From Lepidodermella squamata (Eukaryota > Animalia > Gastrotricha): 64,000 nt of DNA. The DNA lies in assembly GCA_047495785.1 (NCBI GenBank), contig JBLDXI010000001.1, forward strand, positions 372,001-436,000, read 5' to 3'. Each line of letters starts with the position of its first letter. Within the stretch, counting starts at the first letter, position 1. The notes beneath the pieces were generated by a model, which did not search any database, was not told the DNA's origin, and saw only the letters and a program-made list of their open reading frames with translations. Made by a program: the position numbers and the translations under genes. Positions 26,788 through 44,316 of this stretch are shown piece by piece.

Positions 26788-27964
26788 ATGGAAAACGGTC
26801 GCATAACAGCTCAATTCTTGAAGGAAATATCCGGGGAATTCGACTTGGAAGTTATATTTCGAGTTGACCTATCAAATTATGGTGATAATTTCATAATCAT
26901 TGCCATTTGATCGTATTTATGATTATTCTTCAGGAATTGTTGATATCGGCAGCCTTGGTGCCTGCACGAACTTGGAGAAGCTTGATCTTAGCTCCAATGA
27001 AATTTCTCGGCTCTACGGCTTGGTATGTGTTCACACCTCAGCGTTCTAACATGAGGCTGTTAATTTGATATTAAATTCCATCGCTAAAGTAAAAAGCGCT
27101 TTTACATCAGAGTCAGGCCCGTGATTCCGTATTAATTTTTACCAATACGAGATTAACTGCGGGGATTCGAAAACCATTAGGAAAATATCAACTCAGTTCG
27201 AATGTCATATTATGAATTAAACCGCTGATACCTGAAATAATTTTATACCTATACTTTGAAACTATTTTATCGCTATTTTTGCAGGCTAGCCTCACCAAAC
27301 TCACTCGGCTTGATTTGTCTGGAAACCGTATTCAATCGTTAGGTAATAACAAATGCTGTGCTACATTCAAGATTAATTAATATTTTCTTTCAGAGGGTTT
27401 GCAAACTCTGGAATCATTGGAGTATCTCAATTTGGCTGGTAACTGCATATCAAGCATTGACGAGCTGAGTTGGCTGGCGGGCTTAAATAACCTGAAGAGT
27501 TTGCGTCTGATGGATCGCAAGAATGGTTTGACCAATCCTATATGTTCTTCTCCGACATACGACTCTGATGTTTATGAAATGATTCCTGATATCATAGAGA
27601 TTGACGGTAGGCATTTCACTTCATTATTTCTTAATAATTAATGCCATTGAATAGGCTGGAGGCTAAAAGGTCCCGGCAGTGAGGCGCTGGATATATGCAA
27701 TGATCTAGATCGACGACTTCGCAGTAAATGATTTCAAACTGTAATGTGTTCAAATAATTTCAAACGAGATTTTCTTAAGCTTTTCAGTCGACTTCTTCAA
27801 ATCGACATTCAATCCCTACATTTGAGCTCGAGAAATTCTGGGACAAGCCTCATGTTTACGAAGACTTAGGTCGGGCCGAAGATGCCGAGGAACAGCTACG
27901 ATTATTGCTCAAAGAATGTCGCTTACTGTTAGGACAAGAATCCGAAACACCTAAAAATGTGTAA
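26788..27964 (+). CDS. LRRC61: Leucine-rich repeat-containing protein 61
   Basis: Six exons splice in frame. ITAQFLKEISGEFDLEVIFRVDL N-terminus, LRRs and the LRR cap LTNPICSSPTY...IDG, as in LRRC61. Confidence 0.82.
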
Positions 27965-28087
27965 ATTTATTCACTTTCTAAAAGCATTATACACGCAAAG
28001 TTAATAATGAGAAAATAAATTCGGAATATGAAATCGGAATCACATTACAGGAATGAAGCTATTTAAGAATGCATCACAGTTTTGTTA

Positions 28088-31000
28088 TCATTGAGCTTTC
28101 AAAGGTTCATCTGCCGCCAGATTGCCATCCAAATCATCATCTTCGTCATCGTCATCATCCTACAGCGAAGTTGTGAATTAATGAATAATGAAATTAATAT
28201 TAAGCTGCCTTAATTATGTACCTTTCCAGGCGTTTTGCGCGCTATATTTGCCTTAGCAACGTTGTCGATGGCGCTTTGATCGTTTTGACCCTCCCCTTGA
28301 TTCATTGTGGAGACCGTTCCATGCCTCGGAGCGCGCAGCTGCAAAGAGCCTTGTTCTGCATTCAAGAGACTCAATCGACCAGGAGCAACTGGAGGTAAAC
28401 CGATAACTCTCGCATGATGCCATGCTGTGGTAGGTAACCAAGCCACATACTATCATTGATTCTGTCATCTTAAACTTCGCAATTACTCACCGTCCATAAA
28501 ATCCAAGGAGAGTGCTTTTTTATCGTTGTAAAATTGGAGAACATCAACGAGAAATGGATCTTGAATACACCGACGCAACAATTGCCGATTTGACAACGGT
28601 AACCGAGTTAAATGTCCCAGTGCTAGGGCTGATGCTCCGCGAACCAAGTCGGCATGAGAAAGCAGTTGCTTACATAGAATGTCTACAATGCCCATTGCCA
28701 CTAACGCTCGCGAGACTCCGGATCTTAGACGCAGCAATCGACAAACGACATCAGCCGCACTGCAATTTTCATAACTCATTAGGATTTATTTTTGCAATAT
28801 GAAAAATACCAATATAAATCATCAGCGTTGTTTGATGTGTTCAATATTTGGCCGAGGATGTGAATCGACTGAGCACAAGCAGAAGCAGGATCCGCGTCTG
28901 GAATCTGCCGCGACAATACCACGATCTGTAAAACCATCTCACTTAAACAATTACAAGTTGGACGAAGGTGAACTTGCTTGGAAAGCTGCATCGATCTTCA
29001 TGAGGCTATTTGAGGAGCGCAAAAATGTGGCAAATGGTCGTACTCTCAGGCCTCCCGATATATCGATAGCGTGTTGCCTCTCCAACGAATTGTACGCCAG
29101 GGTGGCTAAGCTATGACCGGCCAGAGCTGCAACTTCTTTGTCTGATTCATATAGCAGATTCATAAGCGCAACAATGGCAAGTCGAGGTCCCGTCGGTTTC
29201 TGGTTTTTCTCATTCCTCTCTTTTTCTCCCATATTTTCGTTGCTTGGCGGAGCTGCCCCGACAGCATCTCTAACAATGGCTTCGTTGGTTTTGTTTCCCA
29301 TTATTGCAGCCGCGAGGGTGTTAGCGGCCTCAGCTCTGATAAGGGGTTCCGGATGATTAATCGTATAATCAATCAATAGATCCATAAGTCTCTTGTCAAC
29401 CAGTGTCTCTAAGATCATAGGTTCCCTTTACGGTTTCCCAGATTAAGACCTACAAAATACCTTGGTTTCTTTTGTGAGTTTGGTAACCAGGACCAATCAG
29501 CAGAGCGCGCAAGGCGCGTAACGCTGCTGCCATCAAAATAGGCCGATCGACGCTCGTAGTAATCAAGCGACCTAACCTCCAAATACCTGGCGTAGCTCCG
29601 ATAGCACCTTGCTTGTTATGTGGCCCAAGGCAGAGCGTTTCTATCATAATATAAATGACAATGAATTCTCATTCAACGGCCCTCTTCAAAAATCTACCGA
29701 GAGCTTGGCATGCCCGAACCAAAAGTATTTCCGACTTGGAACCCAGCAGCTCAACTAACAGATGAACTCCAACCAAGGTTGCAACTGATCGTTTTTCTTC
29801 AATTGTTGAACCAGCCAAAGCCCACAAGGCGATGACAGTTTGCTCCTAGAATCATTATTATGACTAAAGAGTAAAGCTCGTAATGAGAAAATATAGTGTC
29901 ATACGCGAATTTCGTCAGCTCTGGCTTTTTTCAGGAGCTGTAAAGAGGGCATTAGTTTTTCTGGATATTACTTTTTTGGAAAAATATCACCTGCATAAGA
30001 GATACAAGAGCTCCAGATTCCGCTAATTTACGCTGGCATTCCGGTTGGCCATCGCCCAAGCTTGTCAAACAAGCAACAGCAGCCAACTGCAGTTCGCGGT
30101 TTTTCAACTATAGGAATAAAAAATTCGAAAGTTATAACGATAGGTACGTTATTATTTCAAATATAAATTGCAAGACGCTTTAGCAACAAACATTATTCAA
30201 TCACGAGCTATAACAGACAAATAAGTTTCGCCTTCGTCAACATCTCCAGTGATATAGCTAATTGCGGATGGTGCTTCATGCTAGGGCAGACGGCTGACAA
30301 TAGGTACACAATAAGCTTTCCAGCTATGAAACTATAATAGGTATATTTATCATACAAGATTCCAAGCTGGCTCATAAAGAAGCTAGTAGTTCATTTGGAC
30401 ATGTTATTGATCATGAAAAAGAAATTTGTACATTTGCTCACCTTCGTTAGCGACAACATCCCATTGATCACGCCTGGTGAATTTACCACCAACATCTGGT
30501 TTTCTGGATTATCGATGACGATTCGGGTGGCGCAAATAAGTAATGAAGTGAAGATGTCGCGTGCGTTATGGCCTGGTAAAATATGTTTACAAATATATTA
30601 GCATTTATACGCGGATGAATGGAGCATAACGATAAACGTAATTTAGGGGTACAGTTATGACTTCAAAAGCAAGGGTGGGTTGGGCGAATTTACTTGGCGA
30701 TTCTAAATGAAGTCGCTTTGGTCTTTCTGTTAAACCGCGTTCGCTCATTCGTGGCATTGACAGCTCTGGTATTTTCAAAACGGATTTATGCTAGCAATTA
30801 CTCGACTATTAGGAACTAATAGAACTAAACCGTACCAACCAACCTGAAAAATGTTTGGCTAATGCCAAAGTCAATTCGGGTGTTTGAGCAACAGTATTTT
30901 GATGCGCAGGTGAAAACGCGGCGATAAGTCCAAGACAATCGATCAATGGAACAACGACGTCAGGTCGAGTGCTATTAACGCTCCTCAAGGCGCTTACTAT

Positions 31001-31967
31001 ATTTGGGAGAAATGTCGCCTGAATGCAAGGATCAATGAAAGTGCCAGGATCGATTTCCAAAAGCTGCCTGTTGATATAATTTATCAAATGTTTAATCCAG
31101 TGAATATATAGAAATTTTACCTCGTAAGAGTTGCACAAACCGCGATGAGATCCGGGTATTCAGGATTTTTCAACATATTGCTGGCTACCGGCAGAACACC
31201 ACATGAGAGAACTTGCTCGCGAGCTTTGGAGTTATAGCGGGTAACATTGATTAAGGCGCTGATGAGGTTAGTCCTAGTTTGTGCCCCACATGGCCCACGG
31301 AAGGTCTGATAGCAATTACAGATCAGTTTAATTTAATTGTGGTGCTAAATCAGTAGGCAGTAGGTACTCACGCGAATTGATGTGGATATTAAGCCCGCGT
31401 CAACTGCTTGAGAACAAAATGGGTTGATCGTATCGCCAGTGCTGACAGTCAATGCGTCCAGAGCCTTAGAAGCGGCAAGGTTGTCATCCTCGTTCTCTCT
31501 GCATATGAATTAAGAAGCGAGAAGCGGTGATGAGATGAAATAGTTTTCCATGTACTTACGATACTACAAGTGCTAGCAAATTTCTCCAAACATTAATATT
31601 TGGATTATTAAGCTCGGCAAAATATTTCAGAATGTGCAGATGAACGTATAGTGCCGCAATTTCAACTGCTCCACGACTCAGACGATCCTTTGCGCTCACA
31701 TTCGCGCCTAAAAATGGATGAAAAATGCGTTCATATATCACATAGCTATTCTTCTTTCAACAATATACCAATATTTATCAGCATTTCAACACAATCCTTG
31801 TGACCCCCTTGACATGCCAAAAGAAATGGAGTAGCGTGGAATTCATCTTGAGTTTCGAGTTCAAGCTGCTCTGGGAACTTCTCAATGAACTTTTCAACGG
31901 ATTTTACATATCCTCGATAAGCCGCTTCATGGACGTTCGAACGTCCAGAGTCATTCATTTCTGCCAT
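28088..31967 (-). CDS. ANKAR: Ankyrin and armadillo repeat-containing protein (ANKAR-like)
   Basis: Multi-exon, spliced in frame by hand, including one GC-AG intron (28977-28926). N-terminal ankyrin repeats (VHEAAYRG, TPFLLACQGGH), ARM repeats, ANKAR-like AAFQIVVLSR and WHHARVIGLPP segments, acidic tail. Confidence 0.75.
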
Positions 31968-32106
31968 CTTCTAGGTTTCAATTGACCAGAATTTGCAGCA
32001 TCAGCATATGTCAATGGTCGACATCCAAATCGATACTACCCAATGTCAATTTGATCATTATGAGACCCTTGATCCCATCGAGATTCGAGATAATTTACAA
32101 AGCGTC

Positions 32107-32120
32107 GTTGTCATAGTAAC
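32107..32120. promoter_or_regulatory. RFX X-box (GTTGTC-AT-AGTAAC)
   Basis: 14-bp near-palindrome close to the X-box consensus GTYRYY-AT-RRYAAC, 140 bp upstream of the ANKAR-like ATG. Confidence 0.55.
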
Positions 32121-35100
32121 TGCAAAATATTTATTTATGCTAAAAATTGAGTAAAATAATTAAAATTCATAAAATTCGCATATCCGCATGAAAAACAAAA
32201 TAGTTCAAAAATTTGAAATAAATGCGCGGGTCGTCGAGGCTTCGGAAAAAATCGCGTATCGTAACCCTCTGCCATCATCCTCGAACGACCTCTGACACCG
32301 TGACACCGCGCACCTCGATGCCTGATGCCTGATGCTAGAATGCTGAATGCCCAAGTATAGCTTTGAAGCTTTCCGGCGGGGCTTTCAAGTATCCAAAAAG
32401 AAACCTCCATGTCGTTCACGTCGCGGAAGAGCTTGTCGGTAAGAATCATGGAAGAATACGGCCAGGCAACCGTCTCGGCTGTACTGTTAACAGAAAAAAA
32501 CCCCACCGAAATGCGAGTTCTTGTGCGACGTGAACGATTTAATGTACCTGGTAGTCTAGAATCTTGCTGAAATCGCTTTCTGATGGCAGAACGTATACTA
32601 ACATGATGCTAACTTTACATGAGTGAACGTTCTCATCTTCAGTTGAATTGTCTGCTTAGTTTGTTATAGGTTTAGTTAGCCTTGAACTTACAACCTACAA
32701 TACCAATTGCCAATTCTGCGTTTTGCTAAGCAATCATATCTTTCACAACTTCACCCTTCACCTGGGAACAATGCAACGACAATGTAACACAACTTACAGG
32801 TTCTTTAGAAAAAGAATGCTAGACCCCAGACCCTAGACCCGAATTATACGTCTGGCAATATTGTTTCCATCTATAACAATTTCTATATTGGATTCCATCT
32901 ATAAGGCTGTCAAAAATCCAGCGATTTTGATTGAAAAGCGTTGATTCCTAGAAGGTAGAAATAATTACGGCCCAAGCAGGTTAAATCGCCGAGATCTGTG
33001 TGTAACTTTAGTGTCCGGTCTTAAATGTATGGGTATTGAGGAATTTCAGGCTCGAAATGCTTTCACATCTGTAGCTTGTAGATCTTGGGCGACAGAGGTT
33101 GGCGATGCTCGATGCTTGGTGAACATATAATTGGGAGGCTTTTCCATGCAGCCTGTTATTTAAATTGATGACTAATTTTTACAAAATTCGTTCCGAGGAT
33201 GGAAAGGGGGATTTTGGTGATTTAGAGTGTTTACACTTAATCGCTAGCCGTTTACCGGTCACCGGTGACGAAAATTTTGATCGTGAACGTTAACGCGGTT
33301 GGTTTCATACGAGCTATCTTTGGCTTTTGGGTAATACTGATATTTGCATATGTGACTGCGAGTTTTTTGGGCCTTTGTTTAGGAGCAGGATAAGTTATGC
33401 TTCTTAAGGTTGAATACAGTGTCGTAAACATTTACTTCTATCTGTCTTCAACTTGGCTCAACTGTGTTATATTTCAGCTCAGTCGGTTTCATTTTAAATT
33501 TATTGTGACCTCTATTGTGCCTGTTTCAACACTTGGGCGTGACGCGTGACGAGAAGAGTTCAATGCTTTTACAGTCGAGCTCGAGCTGGGGGCTTGAAAC
33601 GCGATTAGACTTAGTGTAGTGATAATGCATCAATTTACTGCGACGGTTAAAAAATGCAGAATGATTTTCGTACCTGACCAGCATGTGTATTTTTAGAGCT
33701 TATCTCGACATCTTTGTTGAATAATCTCACATACTCTCTTCACCATTGTTGTCTAGCGTTCTTTATCAGCTGCTTATGTTGCTTCCTATGTGATAGTCAG
33801 TGTGAAAATTCAGTTTCGTTCGAAGTTCCAAATCTAATGACTTCACGTTTATCTGCTGCTGGCTGCTAGCGGGAAAAACTATCGAATAGGAGTTTAATTT
33901 TAATTCTTTTATGACATTCAAATTGAATGCCGCTCATCTTCAATCTTATTGTCTTATTCTGCCATCTGGAAAACTCATCAAGCAAACGAGCCCATGTGTT
34001 TTATCCATTTCTCTGCTGTCTGATCGCTTTGAACAGCGATAGGCCTACCTTGTGGTTATCAAGTGTTCACTGAAAGGCCAAAATTCTTCAAGACAACTTT
34101 TAATGAAGTTGAAGAAGATTTGCTGAAGTTGCATAGAGAGCAGAATAATTAGTTTTGACTGGTTATACCTATGCATCAATCAACTGCCGTCGTCCTTAGA
34201 AGTGGCAATATATCTTGTACTGAGCTACATATTACGCTATAGCATCCGTATGATGTACATGCCCCAATTTTTCTGTTGTTGATGATCACGAGCCACACCG
34301 ATATCTATGCTCTGCTGTATTACGATATTACAGGAACGCGTCCAGTTTTATAAACGACTTGCATAATGGCACGCTTGAACTTTGAAGCACATTAACCATC
34401 CTACTATAATTACAGCTGGCGTTGTTTCCCGTATTAAATGCTAATCTGACCGCGCGGTGACCCCTACGCAGAGTGCTTTTTTTGCTTGATCCAGAAGTTT
34501 TTTTATTTGGATACGGTTCAGTTCTTGGGTTTTTTGCTCAAAGTTGTTCTTGCTGACCCCATGTCACGGCATGGAATAGCTAAAAGCAAAAAGTGAACTG
34601 ACCTTATTTGCACTTGCAATTGTTGTGATGTAAAAATTTCTTGCTGTGTTATTTTGATGCCAATCTTGGCCAGACTCCATGCCCTGCCGAGTAGGTGCAA
34701 ATATTATTGGGATATTATTATTTTTTTTCTGCATCCACCTTCGATGGCACGCTATTATGACGCTTATTATCTAAGGCGTTCATCAATCGCTCCCATTTAA
34801 TAATGAGGCTAATGAAGAAGTTAAAAAATTGCCTTTCAACAAATAAAGGTTATTTGTTTGTTTTCGTTGTGGGATGGCGTGGCTCGCGCTTATGCAGGCT
34901 GTGTTGCGGTCGAAAGATCTCGTACAGTGAATTATTTTTATCTACATGCTTATTGCTGCGAGAGCGGCCCACACGTGCCATATAGTTTTGATCTGTTAAT
35001 ATCTTTATGGTGGTGCTTTGAGGAAATCACGGTGCTTTCGTACGATACGGTGTAATCGAAGCTACATTTATTACCTGCTCGGCTGATTCCGAAATAAGGC

Positions 35101-36076
35101 GCTTTTATTTGCCGTAGTGGTGTTATTTACTGGCCTGGTTTGAACCTTTCCGTTTTCCTGTTCTTCTTGTGTTAAACTGGGTCAGTTTATTGGCCATTGG
35201 CCGATTATTGTTAGGTATTAGTCATAGCAGATATGCCGTGCATGACTTCTGCCGGTATGTGTGTTTTCATTATTTTTGTGTCTTGCCCTGAGTTTTGGTT
35301 AGTATGCGCTCGCGTGCGTTGAGTTTACTAATAGTGTTTGAGCAAGGTTACTCCCGAGCGAGCATCTTTGTTGTTCGCGTGTTTGTTTACTACGTAGCGC
35401 CTGTTCTGTGGTAGAGCTAACGATAACGATGGCACTGGTGATTATTACCTGAGAGCTGGAGTATGTAAACTGTAATAATGCAATATCACGGTGATTATTT
35501 ATTGCATGCTACGCCCGGCCGGTGTTCAGGGCTCGCAATTGTATACCGACCGACACGCTTACTTGTAGCTGGTATTATCAGTATTATTGTTGAGGTGAAC
35601 ATGGTGCAAAACATTTCGCTCGGCCGGTTGTTCGCAATGTAACACTTGACTTGACTTTCACTTTGATGATGATGCTCATAATCACGATCTCGATTTTTTC
35701 GAGCTCGCCATTCTCACACTGCTGTAGCTGTATAGCGGCGCGTAATTTCTGTTGTTTTTTCGTGTCTATATAGCAGCTGCCTCGTCGATTTTTTTCGTAA
35801 TATATTTCATTTCGAGATTGCTGAGTCGTTAGCCGCTATTGCGAAATGTAATTTTAATACAATCCCCGAACACGCCGGTTTTTCAGCCTCCATGCAATTA
35901 GATATAAATATGGGGCTATAAAATGCAGACTGTTGAATTTTTTTAACCTTTCTGGTAAATTAATTATCGATTTTGTGCCTCATTCGTGTAACTTGGTTTT
36001 TCTTTTCCGTTATGTATAGAGGCGTCGCTATAAGAAGCTTAAGCGACTTATTATATCGTGAAAAAATTGACCCTGA

Positions 36077-39578
<3,502 letters not shown>

Positions 39579-42470
39579 GAATATATTACTAGCTTGTTGC
39601 CGGCTTGAACGAATCAATCTTTCGCCATTTCCAAAACCTGAATTCAATTTTGCGGCGTTGATATAATCACAATAATATTATTGACCTGTCGCACTCAACT
39701 CAACAATCTTTGTTATTGTTCTACTTTGCAGAATTGTTTTATCGCGTACCGACTCGCGATTCAAGCTCTTTTCGCACCTGAATATCTTTTTCTACCGTCC
39801 AGAGTTGATTAGATTGCTAAGAGCGACGAGAAGCCACTCTGTGATAGGCGGCCCACTCATGTTTGACTGCCGGACCTCATTACACCTGAGGCTTGTTCCA
39901 CCTTAATAATGTAGTTATGGTATTAAAGTGCACTGCTTAGTGCTGCGATTATGATATCTGGATTTGTTTGCACAAGTCGCGCTTTTTTAAGCAGTCACGT
40001 TCCAACTCTCGAGCGAGCGCGCGCGACACGTTCTTTCCGCTCTTCAGCGGGATTGAACCAGATCAGACGGGGAAAAAATACTGCTGCACTATCGAGGCAT
40101 CGCCAGTTTTTGACTGCGGTGTTTCTTTTCGCTACCGCTTCGTTTTCTCCGCCCGCGCACTCCTCTCAACACACCTCTCGAGCTGGCGCGGTGCGCAGGT
40201 ATCATAGCATTGCAGTCATTGATAACGCATTACTGCGGCTAATGCCAGCCGGTGTATTAGAAACCCTAAAGCCGGCCTAGTGGGAACTATTAACCGGCAA
40301 CTACTGCCTCACGCGATTTGTCAAGCGTCAGTACTTGGCAGTTTTTTGGTTTTGGTCGCGTGAGTGACATAATTCTAAGCGCAGGCTTGTGTTGCGCGTA
40401 GTTTTACCTACTCGACATACATAAAAATGCATTATGTATCAGATGTACAGCACTGATACAAGCGCTAATTTTCGTACACATACACCTTTGCCCGGCGAAT
40501 TGCCCTTTTTGTAATTGAGCTTTAATGCATTTACTATTTTGTCGCCTTGTCCAAGTATTTACTAAACCTTTTCGACGCGAAAAATGGCACCCAACAAATA
40601 ATAATAATCATTACAACAAACAACAACGGCGACGACAAAATAATTTTTGTTTCAGCCCATTTATTACATGCTAAATCCGCTTATGGCGACACATTTTTTG
40701 GCGGCCGCTATTTCTCGCTGCATTTTTCTCAGGCTTCAATTTGCACCGACGTCGAGCGACGGGCGTTGTTTGTCGACATTTAATAGTTTACCGCTCCCTG
40801 CGTGTCACTTTTGGTGGCTCGGTAGTAGTAGTGACTCGGAAACAGCGATCGCTTGTTATTTTCATGTATCAATATCGCGGCATGCTTGCCTCTTTTCGCA
40901 AGAATTCAATTTGGCGCCGTTATCAATGAAGGCGGTCGCAAAAATAACAATTTTGACTGCATACTTACCAGTAGCAGTAGTAGTAGTAGCCTACTACTGG
41001 TCTCTCGCGCGTTTTGTCAAGTCGACCATGCGCGGCGGCTGCCTTAATATGTGAGTAAATAGTGCGTAATTTGCAATGGCTTTACGCGCTTCGCTGAGCG
41101 CGCATATCTTTTTGATAGTGATGATATTGTTTTAATAATGCGATATTTATTTCGTTGATTACAAAAACGAGAGATGGCGTTGTTGTTGACGCGCTCATAT
41201 GCGACATTTAGGCAAGCAGGCAGGCAGCAGACGACCGGCAAAGGAGCAATTCGCTAAATACGCACGTACTTGGCCTGAAATTGCGCGCTCGCTCAAAAAT
41301 ACATTTGGCTTTGATTTCGTCGCGACTGCGACACAAATTTTTACAACTGTTATTATTACATTTGTCAAGTACTTTCATGCTTACGTTAGAGAGAGGCATT
41401 TAGCCGGTTTATTTCGGGAAACGAAATCGTTTTTACGGCATAGCTACTGTGGCTACGTCGTTTTCATTAAGAAAGATCGATTTTATGGCGCGCTTTTTTG
41501 CGCGAGAATTGTCGTGACTCCCTGATTCTTTCCATGCCTGCATGTCTGGCAGCAGCAGCAACAACAACAGCAGCGCTTGTATCGCGATTATTATTATCTA
41601 TTGTCATGGGCCTGCAATTTGCGTGTGTGACTTCACGACGTCAAGAGTGAAACCAATTTGCATTGTATTTCACGCGCGCGCCCATTTTCGCTTTGCTTGT
41701 TTGTGAGGAGCCGCGTTCACGATGACGATGATGATGATGCGGCGCTCTCTATTCTCAGTCTTTTTCTTGCTCTTCTTTCAACTTTTGTGTAATTACTGCG
41801 TTTTGACACTAAGCCGCTTCTGAAGCGATGATTTTTCAATTTTGATGCAACAAAACAATAATTCTCACACTCGGTCTCATGTCTTCAAGGTCCATGAAAA
41901 ATTCATCCATGCAGCCAGCCAGGCATTCTTGACCGCACAGCGGTGCAACTGCTCTATTATTCCACGTAGAAAACCCTGCTGTGTCCAGTTGTGTCCACTC
42001 TTCAAGCCGTCTTCTTTACCTGTAATACCTGTGGCTTGGCGACGCGGATTATATTCGCTGCTTGTCTGTATAATTACATTTACTCTCGATCGAGCTCGGT
42101 TTTTTTAAGGAGCAAAAATATACATTATGGTATGATATTATACGATTATAACCCCACGACGAGAAGAGGGAACAAGAAAAGAATCCCAGCAGAAGTAGTT
42201 TTATTACAATACACTTATTTTTTGCCGGGAGCAAATACTTAGCTGCCGCTGATGTTTGCCTTAATGTTAAAACAATATATTATATCACTTGAGTTGTTTT
42301 TTCTACTGTTTCCTATCTTTAGGTTCGACCTTGTGTCCATTTTATTCTCATTATTAATATTCCCTCATCGTCGAGTGTGTGGTTTTATGTGTCCTGCTTC
42401 TGTTACAACAACTACAAGGAACACGGTTTGAATCACCTATTTGGTTTATCACCGCCGATTTGCAAGCAAA

Positions 42471-44316
42471 ATGGGACTTGCCGTCACTCGTCATGAACAG
42501 TTTTGGGAGGCGTGCGGCTTCGGCCACGTCGATAAGGTCAAAAATTTCCTTCAGGAAGGCGTCAATGTCAACTGGATTTCACCTATTGTAAGCTTGCAAT
42601 TAATTCCTAGAAATCAATTGATGGTTTTTTCAATTCAGCACAATTCCTGTCCAATACATGTAGCTGCCCAGGCCCACATTGGAGTGGTCAAATTGTTAAT
42701 AGAAGCTAATTGTGACGTTAACATACGGGATGACGTGAGTCGATTTTGAATTATTTGATCACCTTCATTTCAATTCATTGTTTGTTTAGAGAGGACATGC
42801 TGCGTTACATCATGCAGCAATTCGAGGCCTAATCGATATTATGAAAGCGGTAAATATTACTTTTTTTTAGAATTTAAGGTGGCTATTTAAATATATTTGT
42901 AGCTCATCGAAGCGGGAGCAGATTGTAACGCAGTCGCAAACGTGAGTCTCCTAATTTTGATTGCGATTTCGTGCATCAAGTTGGGTTTTTTTCTGCAGAA
43001 TGGCTGGACAGTTTTGCACTCAGCGGCATATTTCGGCTATCCAGATGCAGTCAAGCTGCTGTTGGAAAACGGTGCCAAAATCGACATCGTGAATAACGAC
43101 AACAGAACAGCCCTTCACGAGCTGGCGCGTTCACCCGTCGGCCTCGAGGACGAGCTCGAACGCGTTGGTGACCATCTAATCGACGCCGGTGCCGACGTCA
43201 ACCTCCAAGCCGATGGCAACGGAGATGTAAGCCTCTTTTCAGTTTTCGGACCAGTATAGTTAGTTCGAGAGCCAATTTAAACTCGGAATAAGTTACCATT
43301 CAAAAAATTACCATTCAAAAGTTTTTCTGCCGGTAATACGGTAATTTGATTTTTCTGTGTCGATACAGCTACAGAAAAATCGAATAAAAGTCCTCCTTAA
43401 GCAAAACGATTTGAGATACCCACCGCATTAGCTGCCCAGATTTGAAGGTCTAACTGGGTCCGAAAAGCTGAACTTGGGTATCCAAGGGTTCAGTTTCTGA
43501 AATTTTCCAATTTTGGAGATGCTATTTTAGAAAGTTCATAAATTTCTATCGTGGAGATCAAGATTTCTCTTCTTATTTATCTTTTTAAATGACTCTTCCT
43601 AAATTGGCGAAGACCGCTGGCAGTGTATGTTAGAGTTATTTTAAGATGAATTTGTATTTCAGGCCAACTTCACCCCGCTGATGTTCGCTGCATACCACGA
43701 CCACTTGGGTGTCGCGAAAGCCATTCTGAAATCGAAGAACTGTGATAAGAACAAGCAATCAGCCAACGGCTGGACAGCACTCCACTGGGCCGCCGACCGT
43801 CAGAACGTCGAGCTGGTGACGCTGTTGCTGGAGAGCGGCGCCGACGCAACGCTGCCGGGTCTGCGCGGCGAGCTGCCCATCATGCGCGTGCGCTCCGAGC
43901 AGTGCCGCGCCCTCATCCGCGAGCGCATGGAGGTGCAATCGGCGCTCAAGAAGCAGCAGTCGGACCTGGCGAGGCAGGCGGCGTGCGCCGAGCGCCAGGC
44001 GAAAGTCGCGCAGGAGAACGCGTCGCGCCAGGAGGCGGTCAAGCGGCGCGCCTCGACGCCGCTGGCGAAAACGCCGTCGGCCGCGTCCGAGGCGACGGTC
44101 GCCGCCTTCGTCGACAGCTTCTTCGCCGCAACGACCACGGTAACGAACGGCAACGGCGTGTACAAGAACGGCTCATCGAACGGCACGAGTTGCCACATCG
44201 AGTACAAGACCGAGTCGTATCGCAGCTCGGTGCCTAGCGTCGTCGTGCCATCGCCCTCGTCACTGATCACTGCCATGAGTTCGCTGACGACAACAAGCAG
44301 CAACGGCCACGCTTGA
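42471..44316 (+). CDS. Ankyrin-repeat protein with C-terminal coiled-coil and Ser/Thr-rich tail
   Basis: Six exons with phase-0 GT-AG introns; about 7 ankyrin repeats (GHAALHHAA, GWTVLHSAA, NFTPLMFAA, GWTALHWAA); N-terminus MGLAVT. Confidence 0.85.
43238..43472. repeat. Imperfect ~22-bp inverted repeat bracketing ~235 bp in an intron (MITE-like relic)
   Basis: ttcagttttcggaccagtatag (43238-59) versus the reverse complement of 43450-72, ttcagcttttcggacccagttag; lies in the only long intron within the ankyrin CDS. Confidence 0.45.

Noticed and set aside
30215-30260. Hammerhead-like ttgacga...gaaac (minus strand) in an ANKAR-like intron
   Set aside because: The core is not CUGANGA and there is no room for stem II.
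43618-43640. miR-34/449-like sequence tggcagtgtatgttag
   Set aside because: No complementary arm forming a pre-miRNA hairpin; abuts the 3' splice site.
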